Assembly: GCF_031769215.1 (NCBI RefSeq) | Contig: NW_026782742.1 | Coordinates: 248,001 to 312,000, forward strand | From: Ylistrum balloti | Lineage: Eukaryota | Reading direction: 5' to 3' | Length of the DNA: 64,000 nucleotides | Shown: positions 61,693 to 64,000 of the stretch, in pieces | Layout: each line of letters starts with the position of its first letter | Numbering within the stretch: position 1 is the stretch's first letter | The notes under the pieces: model-generated | What the model saw: the letters and a program-made list of their open reading frames with translations, nothing else | What the model was told of the DNA's origin: nothing | Databases searched by the model: none | Made by a program: the position numbers and the translations under genes

Positions 61693-64000
61693 ATGGAAGA
61701 CAGCTGTAGAGAAAATGGCCACCATAAACAAAAAAAATCAGAACAGAGTGAAGGTGGTTGTTTCAATCATAGTACCTGTTGTGTGAAATATTGGAAAGAA
61801 TTAAATTCCTAAGTACATTAACATAAATGGTAGAAGGTCTGATATTTTAATGGCACCAAGAGATATAAAATTTAAAGCAGAAATTAAATCTTGGCAATGT
61901 CCTGTGCCATTCCTTATGATAAGTGAATGCACTGTTTCTATACATGAAACCTCAGAGAGTCAATTAAATGAAATGTTCATGAAAAGTAAAATAAATTGAT
62001 CCGATCTCAATGTAACAAGGCATAATTGTATCAGAAGTGGGAGAGAAGTATAATTATCTTAAATAGGAAATGCTTCTGTTTGGTCAAGGGGAACAACTCT
62101 TCTTTAAAACTTTGAATCAGGAAATGTTGTGATGTTTAGTTGGTTTAATTTTGCAAACAGTATTATCAACACTTTAACAGTGTTTTTTTCATAGCTAAGA
62201 TATGTACTTGCCATCAGTGAAGATCTACTGGGTTTGAATTACGTCTGAGCTCATCCCAACTTTGATGTTTTTGTTTTTGTTTTGGCCTCCTCGACATATT
62301 TCAAGATGCATATGAATACATCATTGACTGATGTTGATGTATTTTGCAGTGAGGAGTACAGTCAGCCCAAAGTCAACACCTAGAAGAGGTAGAAAGAGGA
62401 AGCAGCGGTTTTGTAGTCCTAAAATCTCACCAGGTAATGTTAAACCTTTGTTTTCATGTTAACGCTGGATTTTTCAAAGTTATGACATTTACTAGCTTGA
62501 GACATATAGCTGACAGCTCTCACACTGGGAATATGGGAATCAGAAATATATATATTTATCAGAAGTATAAAGAAGACCGGAAATTACTGATGTACAACAT
62601 GCAGATGTTCCTCTGTGGAGAATAAAATAAGTTGAAGAATGGCTAACCAGTTCTATGATTAAAGTCATAACCATTGAGTATATGTTATTTTTGATAAAAA
62701 AAAAATTCAACTTTTCATGTCTTACTTACCTTTCTTGGTTGAAAATGATCCCTTTCTTTGCAAATTATACATGCTTGAAAGAATTGTCCACTTTCAATGT
62801 GAAATGTTATATCAAAGAATCTCTTTTATTTTGATTTTCCTAAATGACTTTTTGATGGTGAAAATGGTTATTATCAGTTATTTTTGTAATACTTCAAGTA
62901 TTTATATTTTTATTTCTTATTGAGTTAATACATAAAAATTATTAGACAATCTTGTAAACAATATTTCAGATAAATAGTAAGAAATTAAAAATCTAATTGA
63001 TTGTTTTATCAATGAAACCTATGCAGGTACACAGCTCATTTGAATGTTCATAATTTACCTATATGGCACTTAGACATAAGATTTATATAGTAGTAATTTT
63101 TTTATAGCAATAAGTATACAGGATGGTGCAGGGCTCATTTCTGATGACTCAACCGCTGAATCTGAAGGCATCCAGAGTCCCATAAAAACACCAAGGAGAG
63201 CGAAGAGGAGTTCAACCCGAGAGAGCCCAAGGCGTAACCAACAAAATGGTGAGTCCAATACATTAAATATTCAAGGACACACAAATCATATTTCTAATTT
63301 ACAATATAACCTGATTTAAAAACCACAAGCATTAAAAACCTATCACCTTTTTGTTTCAGATGGAGACATTTTTAAAAAAAAAAAAAACCAACATAACCTC
63401 TTTGTGATATTTCCTCCATGATCATATCTCTTAGAGGAAGAAAATGCCCCTACTATTAGTAATTACCTGGGTAGTTTTGCAGATTGTGACCTTCTATATA
63501 GAAGAATCAGACCTTGTTTCGGCATTTAACTCAAAGAGTCACGGAGTCACTTCAATTATTCTACTGAGGCCATATTTTTTAGATTTGCGTCATAAACATA
63601 ACAGAATTTTCATTTGTGTTGGATGTAATTAACATGGGAATAACTTAAAAAAGGTCAAGGTCAATATCAAAGGTCACCAAAAAGGTAAGGAAAGTAGTAT
63701 GGAGAATTGAGAACCTGATTTCTTTCGCTCTTCTTAATAGTAATTTCATGTATGTTGGAGGGATTTGCAGAAAGAGTGATAATTTGGACCATTCAACTGT
63801 ACTGTACATGTGTGGGTGTGCCGAAATTTTTTGTATTTCTTTAAATTTTGTGTTTGACAGGAGATCAAAGAAACAATGGAAGGAAAGCTATCAGTGAAGA
63901 ATCTAGCATCACAAACAATATAGAACACAGAACTCCAGCTGTATCAGCCAACCATCATGACCAGCCAGTAGCAAAACATGACAATTGTAGTCCTGTTTCC
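61693..64000 (+). CDS. 5' part of an unidentified gene encoding a basic, SP/TP-rich disordered N-terminus (probably nuclear); continues beyond the window
   Basis: Exons 61666-61753 (ATG 61693), 62350-62433, 63108-63248 and 63861-64000+, all phase-1 GT-AG junctions in frame: MEDSCRENGHHKQKKSEQSE-VRSTVSPKSTPRRGRKRKQRFCSPKISP-AISIQDGAGLISDDSTAESEGIQSPIKTPRRAKRSSTRESPRRNQQN-GDQRNNGRKAISEESS... A likely non-coding first exon has its donor gtatgt at 61134. Confidence 0.8.

Noticed and set aside
62437-62625. 62-aa + ORF as an exon of the right-hand gene
   Set aside because: No usable donor before its stop; exons 62350-62433 and 63108-63248 already join in frame.

Overview
AT-rich, intron-rich eukaryotic genomic DNA with two assembly gaps (28481-28626, 41677-42035). 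The repeat families look like those of a bivalve mollusc (inference). Most listed ORFs are spurious; splicing exons by hand gives six genes on alternating strands: (1) a TMC (transmembrane channel-like) gene on -, running off the left edge; (2) an unrecognised two-exon gene of ~503 aa on +; (3) a Thr-rich type-I membrane mucin on -; (4) an apparently secreted single-Ig-domain protein on +; (5) a four-exon PRD-class Q50 homeobox gene on -; (6) the 5' part of a basic, SP/TP-rich, probably nuclear protein on +, running off the right edge. Also present: a dead full-length Tc1 (DD34E) transposon, two Penelope-like RT fragments, SINE copies and several minisatellites (24, 29, 48/56, 68 and 93 bp units). 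No rRNA, tRNA gene or CRISPR array was seen. The most unusual observations are a TMC intron made almost entirely of ~54 tandem copies resembling its own splice donor, the orphan 503-aa gene, a mucin tail reminiscent of the CD34 family, and a homeodomain with Cys28 that I cannot place in a named family. All gene models are hand-built from GT-AG signals and frame continuity, without transcript data.
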